Assembly: GCA_963704885.1 (NCBI GenBank)
Contig: CAVPIB010000001.1
Coordinates: 640,001 to 704,000 of the forward strand
Reading direction: 5' to 3'
Length of the DNA: 64,000 nucleotides
Source of the DNA: an uncultured Actinomycetes bacterium
Lineage (GTDB): Bacteria > Actinomycetota > UBA4738 > HRBIN12
Positions 1 to 9,687 of this stretch are shown in pieces. Under the pieces are notes generated by a model. It was not told the origin of the DNA and ran no database searches. It saw only the letters and a list, made by a program, of their open reading frames with translations. How positions within the stretch are numbered: the stretch's first letter is position 1; each line of letters opens with the position of its first letter. The translations under genes and the position numbers were made by a program.

Positions 1-1439
1 GGCACGCGGTGACGGGTCGCGCCTTCGAACGCGAACGCGAGCTCGATCAATCCGCTCTCGGACCACGCCGGGCCCACGAACGACAGCCCGACCGGCAACC
101 CGGAGATGAACCCCATGGGGACGGTGATGCTCGGGTAGCCCGAGACCGCGGCCGGCGAGGTGTTGCCACCCACGTAGTGGTCGCCCAACACGTGGTCGAT
201 CAGCCAGGCGGGCGATCCCGACGGCGCGACGACGGCGTCGAGCCGGTGTTCACCCAGCACGACGTCTAGGCCCTCGTCGCGGGACAGGCGCCGGCACGTG
301 GCGAGCAGCTCGAGGTATCCGGGGTCGGTCAGCGGCCCCTTCTCCTGGGCCTCCTCGAAGATGTTCTGGCCGAAGAGAACCATCGCCTCCTCGTCGGCGT
401 GTGACGTGTTGAACTCGATCAGCTCGGCGAGCATGCGCGGGACATCGCCGCCGACGGTCGCCAGGTACGCCTCGACATCCGCCTTGAACTCGTACTTCAG
501 AACCTCCCATTCGGGTTCCTGGAGCTCAGCGCGTGTGGCACGTCCGCGGGGTCCACCAGCTCGGCTCCCTGCGTGCGCAATGACGGCGAGCGCGTCCTCG
601 AACACCGCGTCCACCGGAGCGTGGAAGCCGGCCATGTTGCGCGCCACGCCGATCCTGGCCCCCCGCAGAGCGTCCGGGTCCAGCCGGAACGAGACCTCGG
701 TCTCAGACATCGCGGCGAGCAGTGTTGCCGCGTCGGCGACCGTCCGCGCCATGGGACCGGCAGTGTCCTGGGTGTGCGAGATCGGCACGATACCCGACCC
801 TCTGATCAGCCCGACCGTCGGCTTGATGCCCACGATGCCGTTGATCGATGCGGGGCAGATGACCGAGCCGTCGGTCTCGGTTCCGACCGCGACGGCACAC
901 AGGTTGGCGGCGACGGCGACTCCCGAGCCCGAGCTGGAACCGCACGGACTCCGGTCGAGCGCGTACGGGTTGCGGCACTGACCGCCCCGCGCACTCCAGC
1001 CGCTGGAAGCGCGGGTGGAGCGGAAGTTGGCCCATTCGGACAGGTTCGACTTGCCGAGCAGCAACGCCCCGGCGTCGCGGAGTCGCGTGATCACGGGTGC
1101 GTCCTGAACGGGGCGCGAGTCGAGGAGCGCGAAGGAGCCGGCGGTCGTCTTCATGCCGTCCGCGGTGTCGATGTTGTCCTTCACCAGGATCGGGATGCCG
1201 TGCAGCGGGCCGCGAACACGTCCCTCAGCACGCTCGTTGTCGAGTTCGTCGGCGATCTGCAGCGCGTCGGGGTTCACCTCCATGACCGAACGCAGCTCGG
1301 GGCCACCGCTGTCGACCGCCTCGATCCGCGCGAGGTACGCCTCGGTCAGCTCGCGCGCCGTGACTTCACCCGAGCCGAGCTTCGACGAGAGGTCGGCCAG
1401 GGTGGCCTCTTCGAACGCGAACGGCGGCACGGTGTCCAT
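1..1439 (-). CDS. Amidase (amidase-signature family), 3' end runs off the window
   Basis: Not in ORF track because it has no stop in the window. Minus-strand frame from ATG 1439 (MDTVPPFAFEEATL) contains KDNIDT, SPCGSSSGSG, GTETDGS and YPSITVPMG...GLPVGLSFVG motifs. Confidence 0.9.
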   Translation of the reverse strand, partial: MDTVPPFAFEEATLADLSSKLGSGEVTARELTEAYLARIEAVDSGGPELRSVMEVNPDALQIADELDNERAEGRVRGPLHGIPILVKDNIDTADGMKTTAGSFALLDSRPVQDAPVITRLRDAGALLLGKSNLSEWANFRSTRASSGWSARGGQCRNPYALDRSPCGSSSGSGVAVAANLCAVAVGTETDGSVICPASINGIVGIKPTVGLIRGSGIVPISHTQDTAGPMARTVADAATLLAAMSETEVSFRLDPDALRGARIGVARNMAGFHAPVDAVFEDALAVIAHAGSRAGGPRGRATRAELQEPEWEVLKYEFKADVEAYLATVGGDVPRMLAELIEFNTSHADEEAMVLFGQNIFEEAQEKGPLTDPGYLELLATCRRLSRDEGLDVVLGEHRLDAVVAPSGSPAWLIDHVLGDHYVGGNTSPAAVSGYPSITVPMGFISGLPVGLSFVGPAWSESGLIELAFAFEGATRHRV

Positions 1440-1457
1440 CGCGCGAACGCTAACCCA

Positions 1458-1700
1458 TCAAGGTTCCGTGCCGTCTCGCACGACGCTGCGCGCCAGCTCG
1501 CGGGCCTCAACCAAGCGCTCGCGGTCCACGAACAGCTCGACGCCGTGTTGCCAGATCCGGCTGAGCGGTCCCGGTTCTTTGGACCACCACACGATGCCGT
1601 GGGTATCGAGTTGCTGGGCGATCAGATCCGCGTGAGGTGCCAGGAACTCACCGAGATGAACGGTCCGAACGTTCGGTGGAACCTGAGGGAGTCCTGGCAT
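1458..1700 (-). CDS. Small hypothetical protein (DUF2007-like appearance)
   Basis: 80-aa ORF co-oriented between hicB and the amidase; protein-like composition. Confidence 0.6.
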   Translation of the reverse strand: MPGLPQVPPNVRTVHLGEFLAPHADLIAQQLDTHGIVWWSKEPGPLSRIWQHGVELFVDRERLVEARELARSVVRDGTEP

Positions 1701-1729
1701 CGGTCGATCGTACCGACATCGGTGTGTCG

Positions 1730-2107
1730 CTACTTCGAAACGAGCTGTTGGATCCGCTGATACGAGAGATCGAGAAGTTCCGACGCGTCTCGGAGCGATA
1801 TCCCCAATCCCTCGGTGAGGCCCTTCGCGGCTTGGGCGGTGGCCTGGTGCGCCTCGAGCTGGGCACGGGCACTCCGCTCCCTGGCAGATCGAGCCCGCTT
1901 AACCTCTATCCGGACGTCTGAGGGAAGCCGGATGCGGAATCCCAGCTCCGCGTCCTCAGCATCGGACACCCACAGGGCCAGCGCCTCGCGGATCCTTCGC
2001 CGAGCCTGTTCGAGCGTGCGGCCGTACGTGTGGCATCCGGGAACATCCGGCACCCTGGCGAGCCATGCCCCGGACTCATCCCTACTGATGTCGACCCTGT
2101 ATGTCAT
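1730..2107 (-). CDS. hicB: HicB-family antitoxin with C-terminal HTH
   Basis: WLARVPDVPGCHTYGRTLEQARRRIREAL is the HicB N-domain signature; C-terminal SLRDASELLDLSYQRIQQL HTH. Confidence 0.85.
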   Translation of the reverse strand: MTYRVDISRDESGAWLARVPDVPGCHTYGRTLEQARRRIREALALWVSDAEDAELGFRIRLPSDVRIEVKRARSARERSARAQLEAHQATAQAAKGLTEGLGISLRDASELLDLSYQRIQQLVSK

Positions 2108-2192
2108 CGCAACCACTTCCGTGTGAACCACTCCCGCGGACCTCCTGGCAGCCGAGCTGACGGAGCAGCTTGAGAACGTGCCTTCCGGTCAT
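2082..2192 (-). pseudogene. hicA: Truncated HicA toxin remnant
   Basis: MTGRHVLKLLRQLGCQEVRGSGSH matches the HicA N-terminal half up to the GSH motif, then reads into hicB out of frame and stops after 36 aa. Confidence 0.7.
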
Positions 2193-2214
2193 GATGGCAA
2201 ATCCCTATAGGAAC

Positions 2215-2232
2215 TGTCTATATCACTAGACA
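2215..2232. promoter_or_regulatory. Inverted-repeat operator upstream of hicAB
   Basis: TGTCTA-tatcac-TAGACA about 23 nt upstream of the hicA ATG; TA operons typically autorepress through such palindromes. Confidence 0.55.
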
Positions 2233-2349
2233 CTCATGCTTTAGGGAGAGGTCGACGATAGCGGCCGGGTCTGACATGTCCGCTCCCGCGAGAGGTCTCG
2301 TCGCCGGATGGATCGCGGGTCGGCGGAACACCCCTTCTTGGCTCGGGGT

Positions 2350-2380
2350 GTAAACGATCCGGGGCCCTTCAGACTCTGTA
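2350..2380 (+). promoter_or_regulatory. Putative ECF-sigma promoter, copy 1 (autoregulatory)
   Basis: GTAAACG-N17-CTCTGTA, 8 nt before ATG 2389; same architecture at 4042-4072. Confidence 0.65.
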
Positions 2381-2388
2381 CGCGCAAG

Positions 2389-2946
2389 ATGGCGATGAGC
2401 GAGCCTAGAGTGCGCGATGTGGAGCACCTCCGGCGGTCGCGCAACGTGCGGTCTTCAGAGGCCGACCCATCGCAGGCCGCCGCCCATGACCTGGAGGAGC
2501 TGTTCCGCAACGCCGGGCCGGAGCTATGGCGGGCGATCTACGGCTTCACCGGCGGTCGCCGGCAGCTGGCCGAGGACGCCGTCGCCGAGGCGTTCGCTCG
2601 CGCTATCGAGCATGCCGACGGGATCCGCGAGCCGCTCGCGTGGATCTATCGCACCGCGTTTCGTCTGGCGAGCCGTGAGCTCCAACGCGAGAAGCGTCTG
2701 CCGCCGCAGCTGCCCGACCCGGCACCGGGGATCGACCCGTTCGATGTGCAAGAGATCCTGAAAGCTCTCGCCACGCTGTCACCCAACCAGCGCGCGGCCG
2801 TGCTGTTGCACGACGAGGAGGGATTCACCGGTCCCGAGGTGGGACGGCTCCTTGGGATGTCGGCCGCAACCGTTCGCGTCCATCTCTTCCGCGGACGCAA
2901 GCGTCTGCGAACGCTGTTGGGCACCGAGGAGGATTCTGATGGATGA
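2389..2946 (+). CDS. ECF RNA polymerase sigma factor
   Basis: Region 2 (AEDAVAEAFARA...AWIYRTAFR) and region 4 (LSPNQRAAVLLHDEEGFTGPEVGRLLGMSAATVRVHLFRGRKRL). Confidence 0.9.
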   Translation: MAMSEPRVRDVEHLRRSRNVRSSEADPSQAAAHDLEELFRNAGPELWRAIYGFTGGRRQLAEDAVAEAFARAIEHADGIREPLAWIYRTAFRLASRELQREKRLPPQLPDPAPGIDPFDVQEILKALATLSPNQRAAVLLHDEEGFTGPEVGRLLGMSAATVRVHLFRGRKRLRTLLGTEEDSDG

Positions 2947-3958
2947 CCGCTACCGCAAAGAGCTGACCAAGCTCCATCACGCCGAGCTCCCCCCCGACCT
3001 ATGGGATCGCGTGCAGGAGGGTCCACGCATGGCGCCCCTCGGCCCTCCCAACCGCTCGCGCGTGACGGCCGCCGTGGTCGCGTTCGCGACCTTCGGCCTG
3101 GCGGCGTTCTTCGTGTGGCAGGCGTTCAGCGAGACGCCCGCCTCTCAGCCCGCCGACTCGAGCGTGCTGGCCGTTCCGCCACGCGGAGAGACATCGGCCG
3201 TCTTCTTGGATGACGGTCGGCCGGTGTTCGTGGTCCATCACCTTGACGGGACCGTGTCGGTCGTCGACGGGTTCTCGAGCCACCGCGCCTGGGGTGTCGA
3301 GGAGTTGACCGTGTGGTGCCCGTCGACGCGTGAGTTCGTCGAGGCGGCACACGAGGCGCGCTTCGATGAATACGGGGGGTTCGCGTCGCCTCCCGCTCCC
3401 GGCGGCGTTGCGACCTTCGCGTTCCAGGTCGCGGGGACCGATCCTGTCGGTGACCCCAACTTGATCGTGGTCGGCGAGATGAGCGACGGCACGCTCGGTG
3501 GCGGGAACTCGGGTCCTGACCGGCCGCCTCTCTGCCCTTCGGGTGGCGTGGTCGGCGATGCCCATCTGATCGAGGTCACCGGCGGTAACTCGGGTGAGAC
3601 TGGCACGGTCTTGGGGCACTCGCTGAGGGGCCGTCAGGTCTGGAGCTCACCGGTCGAGGCCGTTGCTGCCGCCCCGACCGGATGGGTCGCCATCCAAGGA
3701 ACGATGCTGGTTGGTTCCGACGGCTTCGTGCAACTCTGCACGAAGGTCGTCGACGCTGCGTGCGAGGGAGGCGTAGTGGTCCAAGGGATCGACGGCATCG
3801 GCCTCTACCTCAACGTAACCAGGTTCGACTGGGTCTCCGGATATGAGGAGCCTCAGGTGTGGCTGGTGCAGATCCACGACGGCGTGATCGACGACCCGGC
3901 GGGCTTCAGCGGCATGCTCGATACGTGGCCCGACCAGGCGTCCCCGACCGGTCCATGA
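2939..3958 (+). CDS. Membrane-anchored putative anti-sigma factor with degenerate Rieske-like extracytoplasmic domain
   Basis: Overlaps the sigma stop; short cytoplasmic N-terminus, one TM helix (VTAAVVAFATFGLAAFFVW), then SSH...WC...EAAHEARFD...G...PAP. Confidence 0.7.
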   Translation: MDDRYRKELTKLHHAELPPDLWDRVQEGPRMAPLGPPNRSRVTAAVVAFATFGLAAFFVWQAFSETPASQPADSSVLAVPPRGETSAVFLDDGRPVFVVHHLDGTVSVVDGFSSHRAWGVEELTVWCPSTREFVEAAHEARFDEYGGFASPPAPGGVATFAFQVAGTDPVGDPNLIVVGEMSDGTLGGGNSGPDRPPLCPSGGVVGDAHLIEVTGGNSGETGTVLGHSLRGRQVWSSPVEAVAAAPTGWVAIQGTMLVGSDGFVQLCTKVVDAACEGGVVVQGIDGIGLYLNVTRFDWVSGYEEPQVWLVQIHDGVIDDPAGFSGMLDTWPDQASPTGP

Positions 3959-4041
3959 CCGCATCCGACGTTCGGTACGGACGGCTTCCTGATACCTCTA
4001 CGCCCTCGCCCCATCGGTTAGCAACGTCTTGTAGTCCGGAG

Positions 4042-4072
4042 GTAAACGGAACGGGGCGCGGAAAGCTCTGTA
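4042..4072 (+). promoter_or_regulatory. Putative ECF-sigma promoter, copy 2
   Basis: GTAAACG-N17-CTCTGTA, 7 nt before ATG 4080. Confidence 0.65.
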
Positions 4073-4079
4073 GACGCGG

Positions 4080-6039
4080 ATGAAGCGCATCGATCGACTC
4101 CTACTCGTGATCCTGCTCGCGACGGCCGCATGTACGGCCGCTGCGACGACGCCGCCGACGCCCATACCCGCACCGGACCCGAGAGGCCGACGGTGGCTGT
4201 GCTCTCAGTTCGCCGGAAGAGGCCGCTGCGTTCGGCTCACCCGATGACCCGTACCGAGACGAGGTCCTCGCCTGGCCGACCGGCGACCCGGAGGCGGAGG
4301 GACTCGACCCCGCGCTCCTGGCACAGATAGAAGAGGACGTCGGCCTGTCGAGCACGATCCGCAGTTTCCTCGTCGTCAGGAACGGCACGTTGGTCACGGA
4401 GCGGTACTTCCACGATGGTGGAGGAGACAAGGCGTTCAACGTCCACTCTGTGTCCAAGAGCCTGTTGAGCCTGATCGTCGGTGCGGCCCTGGAAGACGGA
4501 GCGATACCCGATCTCGATACACCGATCGCCGAGCTGCTTCCCGCCAACCTCGCGTCGGAACCGGGCGTCGACGGACTGACCGTGCGCCTCCTCCTCGAGA
4601 TGTCGGGTGGGCTCGACCTTGACGATGCCGCGTCGATCGATCAGATCACAGGCCCTTCTCATGCTCGGTCCGTGCTCCGTCAGACCCGTATCTCCGAGCC
4701 TGGCGTCGAGTTCTCCTACAACACGGGGATGAGCCACGTGCTCGCCGTGGCGACGGCGAATGCCGTCGGGTCGCCGCTCTGCGACTACGCCCAGGAGCGG
4801 CTCTTCGATCCCATGGGGATCACGGTGGATCACTGGCACAGCGACCCGGAGGGCTACTTCACGGGCGGCACGTCGATGTTCTTCACGCCGCGCGAGTTGG
4901 CGAGGGTCGGGCAGTTCACCCTGCAACGAGGGCAGTGGGATGGCCAGCAGATCCTGCCGTCGAGCTGGATCGACGAGATCACGACCGAGGCGTGGGACCT
5001 GGGTTGTCGGCCGCCGGATCGACCGGGGTACGGCTACCTGTGGTGGTTGAACGACGTCGCCGGCTTCGACATGTGGGCGGCCCTGGGGTTCGGAGGCCAG
5101 TCGATCGCCATCATCCCCGAGCTCGACCTCGTCGTCGTGATGACGCAGAAGAGCGAGGGTTGGCCCGTCGAACAGGATGTCGTTCGCCCGAACGGGGTCA
5201 TGCGCCGGATGATCGGCGCGGTAACGGATCGGCCGGTGGACGCGACGACCAGCGCCTGTCCGGCGGGCGACGTCTACCGCGCACGGGCCGATGGTTCGGA
5301 CCCGGTTCGACTCACCGATCAGGCGCCGATCGACATCGCCTACTCCTGGTCTCCCGACGGCGAGCGGATCGCGTTCCTCTCCGAGCGGAACCTGAACCCC
5401 GAGATCTACACGATGGCGGCCGATGGCTCCGACGTCCAAAGGCTGACTCGTGACTTCGACGTCGACCTGTTCCCGGCGTGGTCGCCGGACGAGGGCGAGA
5501 TCGCCTTCGCTTCAGATCGAGGGGGGACGTTCGACATATACGTGATGGCCGTGGACGGCTCGGGCCAGAGGGCGCTCACGGACTTCCCGAGAGACGAGAT
5601 ACATCCGACCTGGTCGCCCGATGGCACCAGGATCGCCTTCATCCGCAGCGAGGTCCCGCCGGGAGGCTACGGACCGCTCTGGGTGATGGATGCCGACGGA
5701 TCACACGCGAGGCTTCTGCTGAAGGACCCGCTGGTGGAGTTCCCGGCCTGGTCTCCCGACGGCACCCAGATCGCGTTCGGCATGTCGGGCAGCGGCGGAT
5801 CGCACATCGGGGTCCTCGATCTTCGAACGGGCGACGTGTCCGATCTAGGCCCTGGCACGTTGCCGCGTTGGTCTCCCCACGGGAAGCGCCTAGTCGTTTC
5901 GACCACCGACTACTCCGAGGTCGAGATCGTCACGATCGCGGACGGGTCGCGCACGACGATCCTCGCCGGCTCCGCTCCGGTGTGGTCTCCCGACGGCTCG
6001 TGGATCGCATACTCAGCAACCGAGGACTCGGCCGCCTAG
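4080..6039 (+). CDS. Lipoprotein: beta-lactamase-family serine hydrolase fused to TolB/PD40 beta-propeller; frameshift near 4180
   Basis: Signal/lipobox MKRIDRLLLVILLATAAC from 4080 is in a different frame from the body (WPTGDPEAEGLD..., SVSKS, FSYN, repeated WSPDG). Confidence 0.8.
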
Positions 6040-6097
6040 CACTCCCGGACATTCGTTCCACAGCGCCTTGACATCAGGCAGGTATCTCCGCTTTCGG

Positions 6098-7705
6098 TCA
6101 GTGGCACGGGATCGGTCCACCCTGATCGCGGACCGCTCCGCTGCGATCGATGAACGCCCACGAGTAGGAGTCGACATCGAGCGTCAGCAGCAATACGCCC
6201 CAGGCATCATCGCCTGAACCGAGGCGTACCTGCGAGGACGCCACTGGCGTATTGAACCCGTTCAGCCCGGTGCCTCCGGTGCCGACGATGAACAACCGCA
6301 TCCCGCCGATCTGAGCGAAGCGCTCGTAGCCGTGGTCGTGCCCCGAGAGCCAGATATCAACGCCCGCTGCCGCAGCGATGCCCCAGACGGGGTCCATACG
6401 CGAGACCGACCCGCCGCCGCTTGAAGACGAGTAGCGCGGGTGGTGCCCGTAGACGAGGTCGCAGGTGTGCGTATCGGCTGCGAGGTCGTTGGAGAACCAC
6501 GTCGTCTGCTCACTGCCCGACTCGATGCCCGGTTGATCCTCGGCGGTGTTGCCGCCTGAAGCGGCACCGTTCGGGTCGTCCGTGTCGAGCGCGACGAGAT
6601 GCCAGTCACCCAGGCCGAACGAGTAGTACAAGTTCCCATCCGCGAACAAGCCGCGCGATGCGAACTCCGCTCGGTAGCCCTCCGCCCCTGCTCCGTTCGT
6701 CGTGTCGTTGTACTCGTGGTTGCCGACGGCCGGGTAAGTGATCGAGTAGAACGATGAGGCGTTGTCTATCCCCCAGGCGTCACGGTACCCACCCGAGGAG
6801 ATGAACTCCGTTGCCGTCCCTGACTCGTACGCGAGGTCTCCGAGCGGCAGGACAGCGTCGGGGTCGAGCGCGATGATGAGGTCGCCCGTCTGCGCGCACC
6901 GCGTGCGCCCGGCCGACGTGAGGTTGCAGATGTCGCCCGCTGCAGCCACGGTGACCCTACCCGGCGGAGGCGGAGGTGTGGGAGAGGGCGTCGGTGAGGG
7001 GGATGGTGAGGGTGAAGGCGACGGTGAAGGGGACGGCGAAGGAGAAGGATACGGCGAGCTATCTGAGATCGCTAAGTTGTCGTAGGCACTTCCACCGTCG
7101 TCCTCGTTCGATGCGATGTGCAGCCGGAATCCTGCGTAGGTCGAGGACCCGAACGCTGTGAGGTCTTGCGACGACAGCGTGTAGCTGATGGGGGACAGGT
7201 TGCCAACCGTCATGGTCACGACGTTGCCACTTCGAGCACACGTCACGTGATACGTGCCACCGTTCACGAGACCGGCGTTGCGGATGGAGACGAGTTGGGA
7301 CGTGACGATGCTATTCGACCGACGACCGATGGCGACGAGGCCGTTCGGGTTGGTATCGGTGACCTCGATCTTGCAGAACAAGTTGTTGGTGTAGTTCCTG
7401 GCCATGAGGGCGAGTCCAGCGTTGGCGCGTTCATCTGTCGCCGACAGCGTGATATCTGCTTCGACGCTCACCTGGGTCGAGCCTGCGTTCACCGTGGCGA
7501 GCGCCGTCGTGGAAGCGTACTGGCCGGTGAGGAGCCGGGCTTGGCTCGAGCGGATGCCCCACGTCGAACTCGTGACGATCCATGGGCTACCGAGCGTGTT
7601 GGCATCTGGTCTGTCGAAGCCATCCGTCATGATGGTGGCTGCCCGCACGGGGAGCGCGAATACGAGGGCGGACAGGGTGACTACGGCTGCCAGTACCCTG
7701 CGCAC
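6098..7705 (-). CDS. Secreted metallophosphoesterase (purple acid phosphatase-like) with N-terminal beta-rich domain and Ser/Pro linker
   Basis: Signal peptide; AAGD, LGDLAY, VGNHEY, HHP and SGHDH motifs. Confidence 0.85.
   Translation of the reverse strand: MRRVLAAVVTLSALVFALPVRAATIMTDGFDRPDANTLGSPWIVTSSTWGIRSSQARLLTGQYASTTALATVNAGSTQVSVEADITLSATDERANAGLALMARNYTNNLFCKIEVTDTNPNGLVAIGRRSNSIVTSQLVSIRNAGLVNGGTYHVTCARSGNVVTMTVGNLSPISYTLSSQDLTAFGSSTYAGFRLHIASNEDDGGSAYDNLAISDSSPYPSPSPSPSPSPSPSPSPSPTPSPTPPPPPGRVTVAAAGDICNLTSAGRTRCAQTGDLIIALDPDAVLPLGDLAYESGTATEFISSGGYRDAWGIDNASSFYSITYPAVGNHEYNDTTNGAGAEGYRAEFASRGLFADGNLYYSFGLGDWHLVALDTDDPNGAASGGNTAEDQPGIESGSEQTTWFSNDLAADTHTCDLVYGHHPRYSSSSGGGSVSRMDPVWGIAAAAGVDIWLSGHDHGYERFAQIGGMRLFIVGTGGTGLNGFNTPVASSQVRLGSGDDAWGVLLLTLDVDSYSWAFIDRSGAVRDQGGPIPCH
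6963..7050 (-). repeat. Coding (Ser-Pro)n / poly-Pro linker
   Basis: PSPSPSPSPSPSPSPSPSPTPSPTPPPPP with varied synonymous codons. Confidence 0.85.
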
Positions 7706-8004
7706 CTAGGCCACCTCCCCTTCCGTATCGCTTCGACCCTTGGGGGCGCGCCTGGCGCGAGGGTGATAGCACTCGACCTTCGTGTTCGTTTCGCTTGGGG
7801 TGAGCCCGATCGGCCACCCAGTCGCAGCATACGCGAGCGACGACGCCGGGGGAAATGCTGTGGTGGCGGATAAGAGCCAAGTTGTTGGTCTCGGACATTT
7901 CTCGCCCGAAGCTAACGCGAGGCCTTGTCACGATCTGGTCGCCTAACGGAGACTGGATCGTATTCGGGCGCAGCTCCTGAAGCTGCCCCGGCCGACGGTT
8001 GTCG

Positions 8005-8433
8005 CTACGGACCTGGAAGCAGGCCCAGCTGTCCCATCGCGCCCATCATGTCGTAGACACCGTAGTGCTCGGTGTTCATGCCGGCGTCATCGAACGTGAA
8101 GACGTCGATCGCTCCCATCCTGAAGGACTTCCCCGTCGGGGGCATCCCAGGCATGAAGCCCTCGGTGTCGGTGCCCGTCATGGTGCTGCGGACCGCCACC
8201 TTGCTGCCTGACGCGATCACATCCTCGACCTCGATGTGCATGTCGGGCGTCTGCTGACGCATCATGTTGAACATCGCGATCGCGCCGGCCTTGTCGGCCG
8301 TACCGCCCGGCATCGGCGTGCGCTCGACGTAGGACTCGGACAGCGTCTTCTCGGCGAACCCGATGTCGCCCTCGTTCAACACCTTCTGGATCAGCTCTTT
8401 GACGGTGGCGGCGTTCTCTTCAGGCGTAGACAT
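8005..8433 (-). CDS. SnoaL-like ester cyclase (NTF2 fold)
   Basis: PDMHIEVEDVIASGSKVAVRSTMTGT...GMPPTGK motif. Confidence 0.85.
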   Translation of the reverse strand: MSTPEENAATVKELIQKVLNEGDIGFAEKTLSESYVERTPMPGGTADKAGAIAMFNMMRQQTPDMHIEVEDVIASGSKVAVRSTMTGTDTEGFMPGMPPTGKSFRMGAIDVFTFDDAGMNTEHYGVYDMMGAMGQLGLLPGP

Positions 8434-8438
8434 AACCC

Positions 8439-8879
8439 TCACATCCCCTCCGGAGCCGGCATGGCCCCGAGCTGGACCATCATCTTCGGGATATCCATCT
8501 GTGCCCAGGTTTCCTGGATCATCCCGTCGTCTCCATGACGTGAGATCTGGATCCAGTCGAAGTCGACCGTCTTACCGGTCGCGGGCATCCCTCCCATCGG
8601 CATGTCTCCATCGTTCGTCCCCGTCATCCGCACGTGCGAGACGACGTTGTTCCCGTCGCCGAAGATCTCGAGGATCTCCGTGTCTTTGTCGGAGAACATC
8701 TGGAACGTGCCTTCGTTCGCTATGATCGCGCCCTCGACCCCGGGGGGCAGTGGCCCTGGCTGCGGCGTGTTGGCGACGAAGTCAGCCGCGACGCACGCGC
8801 GGACGGTGTCGTAGTCGCGCTGGTTGTAGGCCTGCTCGAGCCGTTCGACCAGCTCGATGTTGCGTGCGACATCACTCAT
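8439..8879 (-). CDS. SnoaL-like ester cyclase (NTF2 fold), tandem paralog
   Basis: EIFGDGNNVVSHVRMTGT...GMPATGK motif. Confidence 0.85.
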   Translation of the reverse strand: MSDVARNIELVERLEQAYNQRDYDTVRACVAADFVANTPQPGPLPPGVEGAIIANEGTFQMFSDKDTEILEIFGDGNNVVSHVRMTGTNDGDMPMGGMPATGKTVDFDWIQISRHGDDGMIQETWAQMDIPKMMVQLGAMPAPEGM

Positions 8880-8957
8880 GGGACCCTCCCCGTGGATCGG
8901 TGTCCTCCGAAGCTACGACGGGTGGTCCGTTAGCGCAAGGTCGGGCTCGGAGAACGT

Positions 8958-9179
8958 TCAGTGACCGCCGCACATGCAGCTGCCGCCGCAGGCGCAGCCG
9001 CCGCCCGATGGCGCGGAGCTGCGGAACCCGCCGCTCGACGTCGAGGCCGCGAACATCGAGATCCGGCGCATCACATGGTCGGACTCGCAGGTCGGGCAGG
9101 CCGGGGAGTCATCGCTCATGGAACGGAGCCGCTCGAACAGCGACCCGCACGCCGAGCATTCGTACTCGTACAGCGGCAT
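8958..9179 (-). CDS. FmdB-family zinc-ribbon protein
   Basis: MPLYEYECSACG...CPTCES signature with a Gly/Cys-rich tail. Confidence 0.85.
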   Translation of the reverse strand: MPLYEYECSACGSLFERLRSMSDDSPACPTCESDHVMRRISMFAASTSSGGFRSSAPSGGGCACGGSCMCGGH

Positions 9180-9219
9180 GCGGGAAGTGTACGTGCCGGG
9201 GACGACGTGCCGCCGAGTC

Positions 9220-9597
9220 TTAGCCCCAGCTCTTGGGGTTGCGCCCCGCCACCTTGACGGTGCGCTGCTGGCCCTTGCCGTGCGCGGTGCCGTTCCCTTC
9301 TCCCACCCAAGTCCCGTCGCCAGGCACGAAGCCGGTCACGATTATGGGTGGGTGTCCGTGGAGGTCGAACGTGGCCCGGAAGAGGGTCCTCCCAGGTCGA
9401 TTGGTCGGGGTCTCCTCGATCGTGACCGCACCGAGTTCCTCGCCGCGCTCCCAGTCACCGGTCAGCTCCCAGACCTTCTCGTCGCTGAAGACCCTTTGGC
9501 CCGGGCCGGCCTCTTCGAGGGTCCTGCCCGAGGACACGCGTTCGTCGCTCAGGACTGGGAAATCGTAGATCGGTATCCGCCCACCCTCATCCACCAC
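9220..9597 (-). CDS. Hypothetical protein
   Basis: 125-aa ORF preceded by a GAGGAGG RBS. Confidence 0.6.
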   Translation of the reverse strand: MVDEGGRIPIYDFPVLSDERVSSGRTLEEAGPGQRVFSDEKVWELTGDWERGEELGAVTIEETPTNRPGRTLFRATFDLHGHPPIIVTGFVPGDGTWVGEGNGTAHGKGQQRTVKVAGRNPKSWG

Positions 9598-9687
9598 GGC
9601 TGGCCTCCTCGCAACGGTTGGCGCCGACCCACCCTACGCGCGGTCGCCGGGGCGAAGCAAGGGTCGACCTGACCTAGACTTCGGTCC

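Noticed and set aside
7706-7990. Riboswitch or ncRNA upstream of the secreted phosphatase
   Set aside because: Only short GC stems; no recognisable aptamer consensus.
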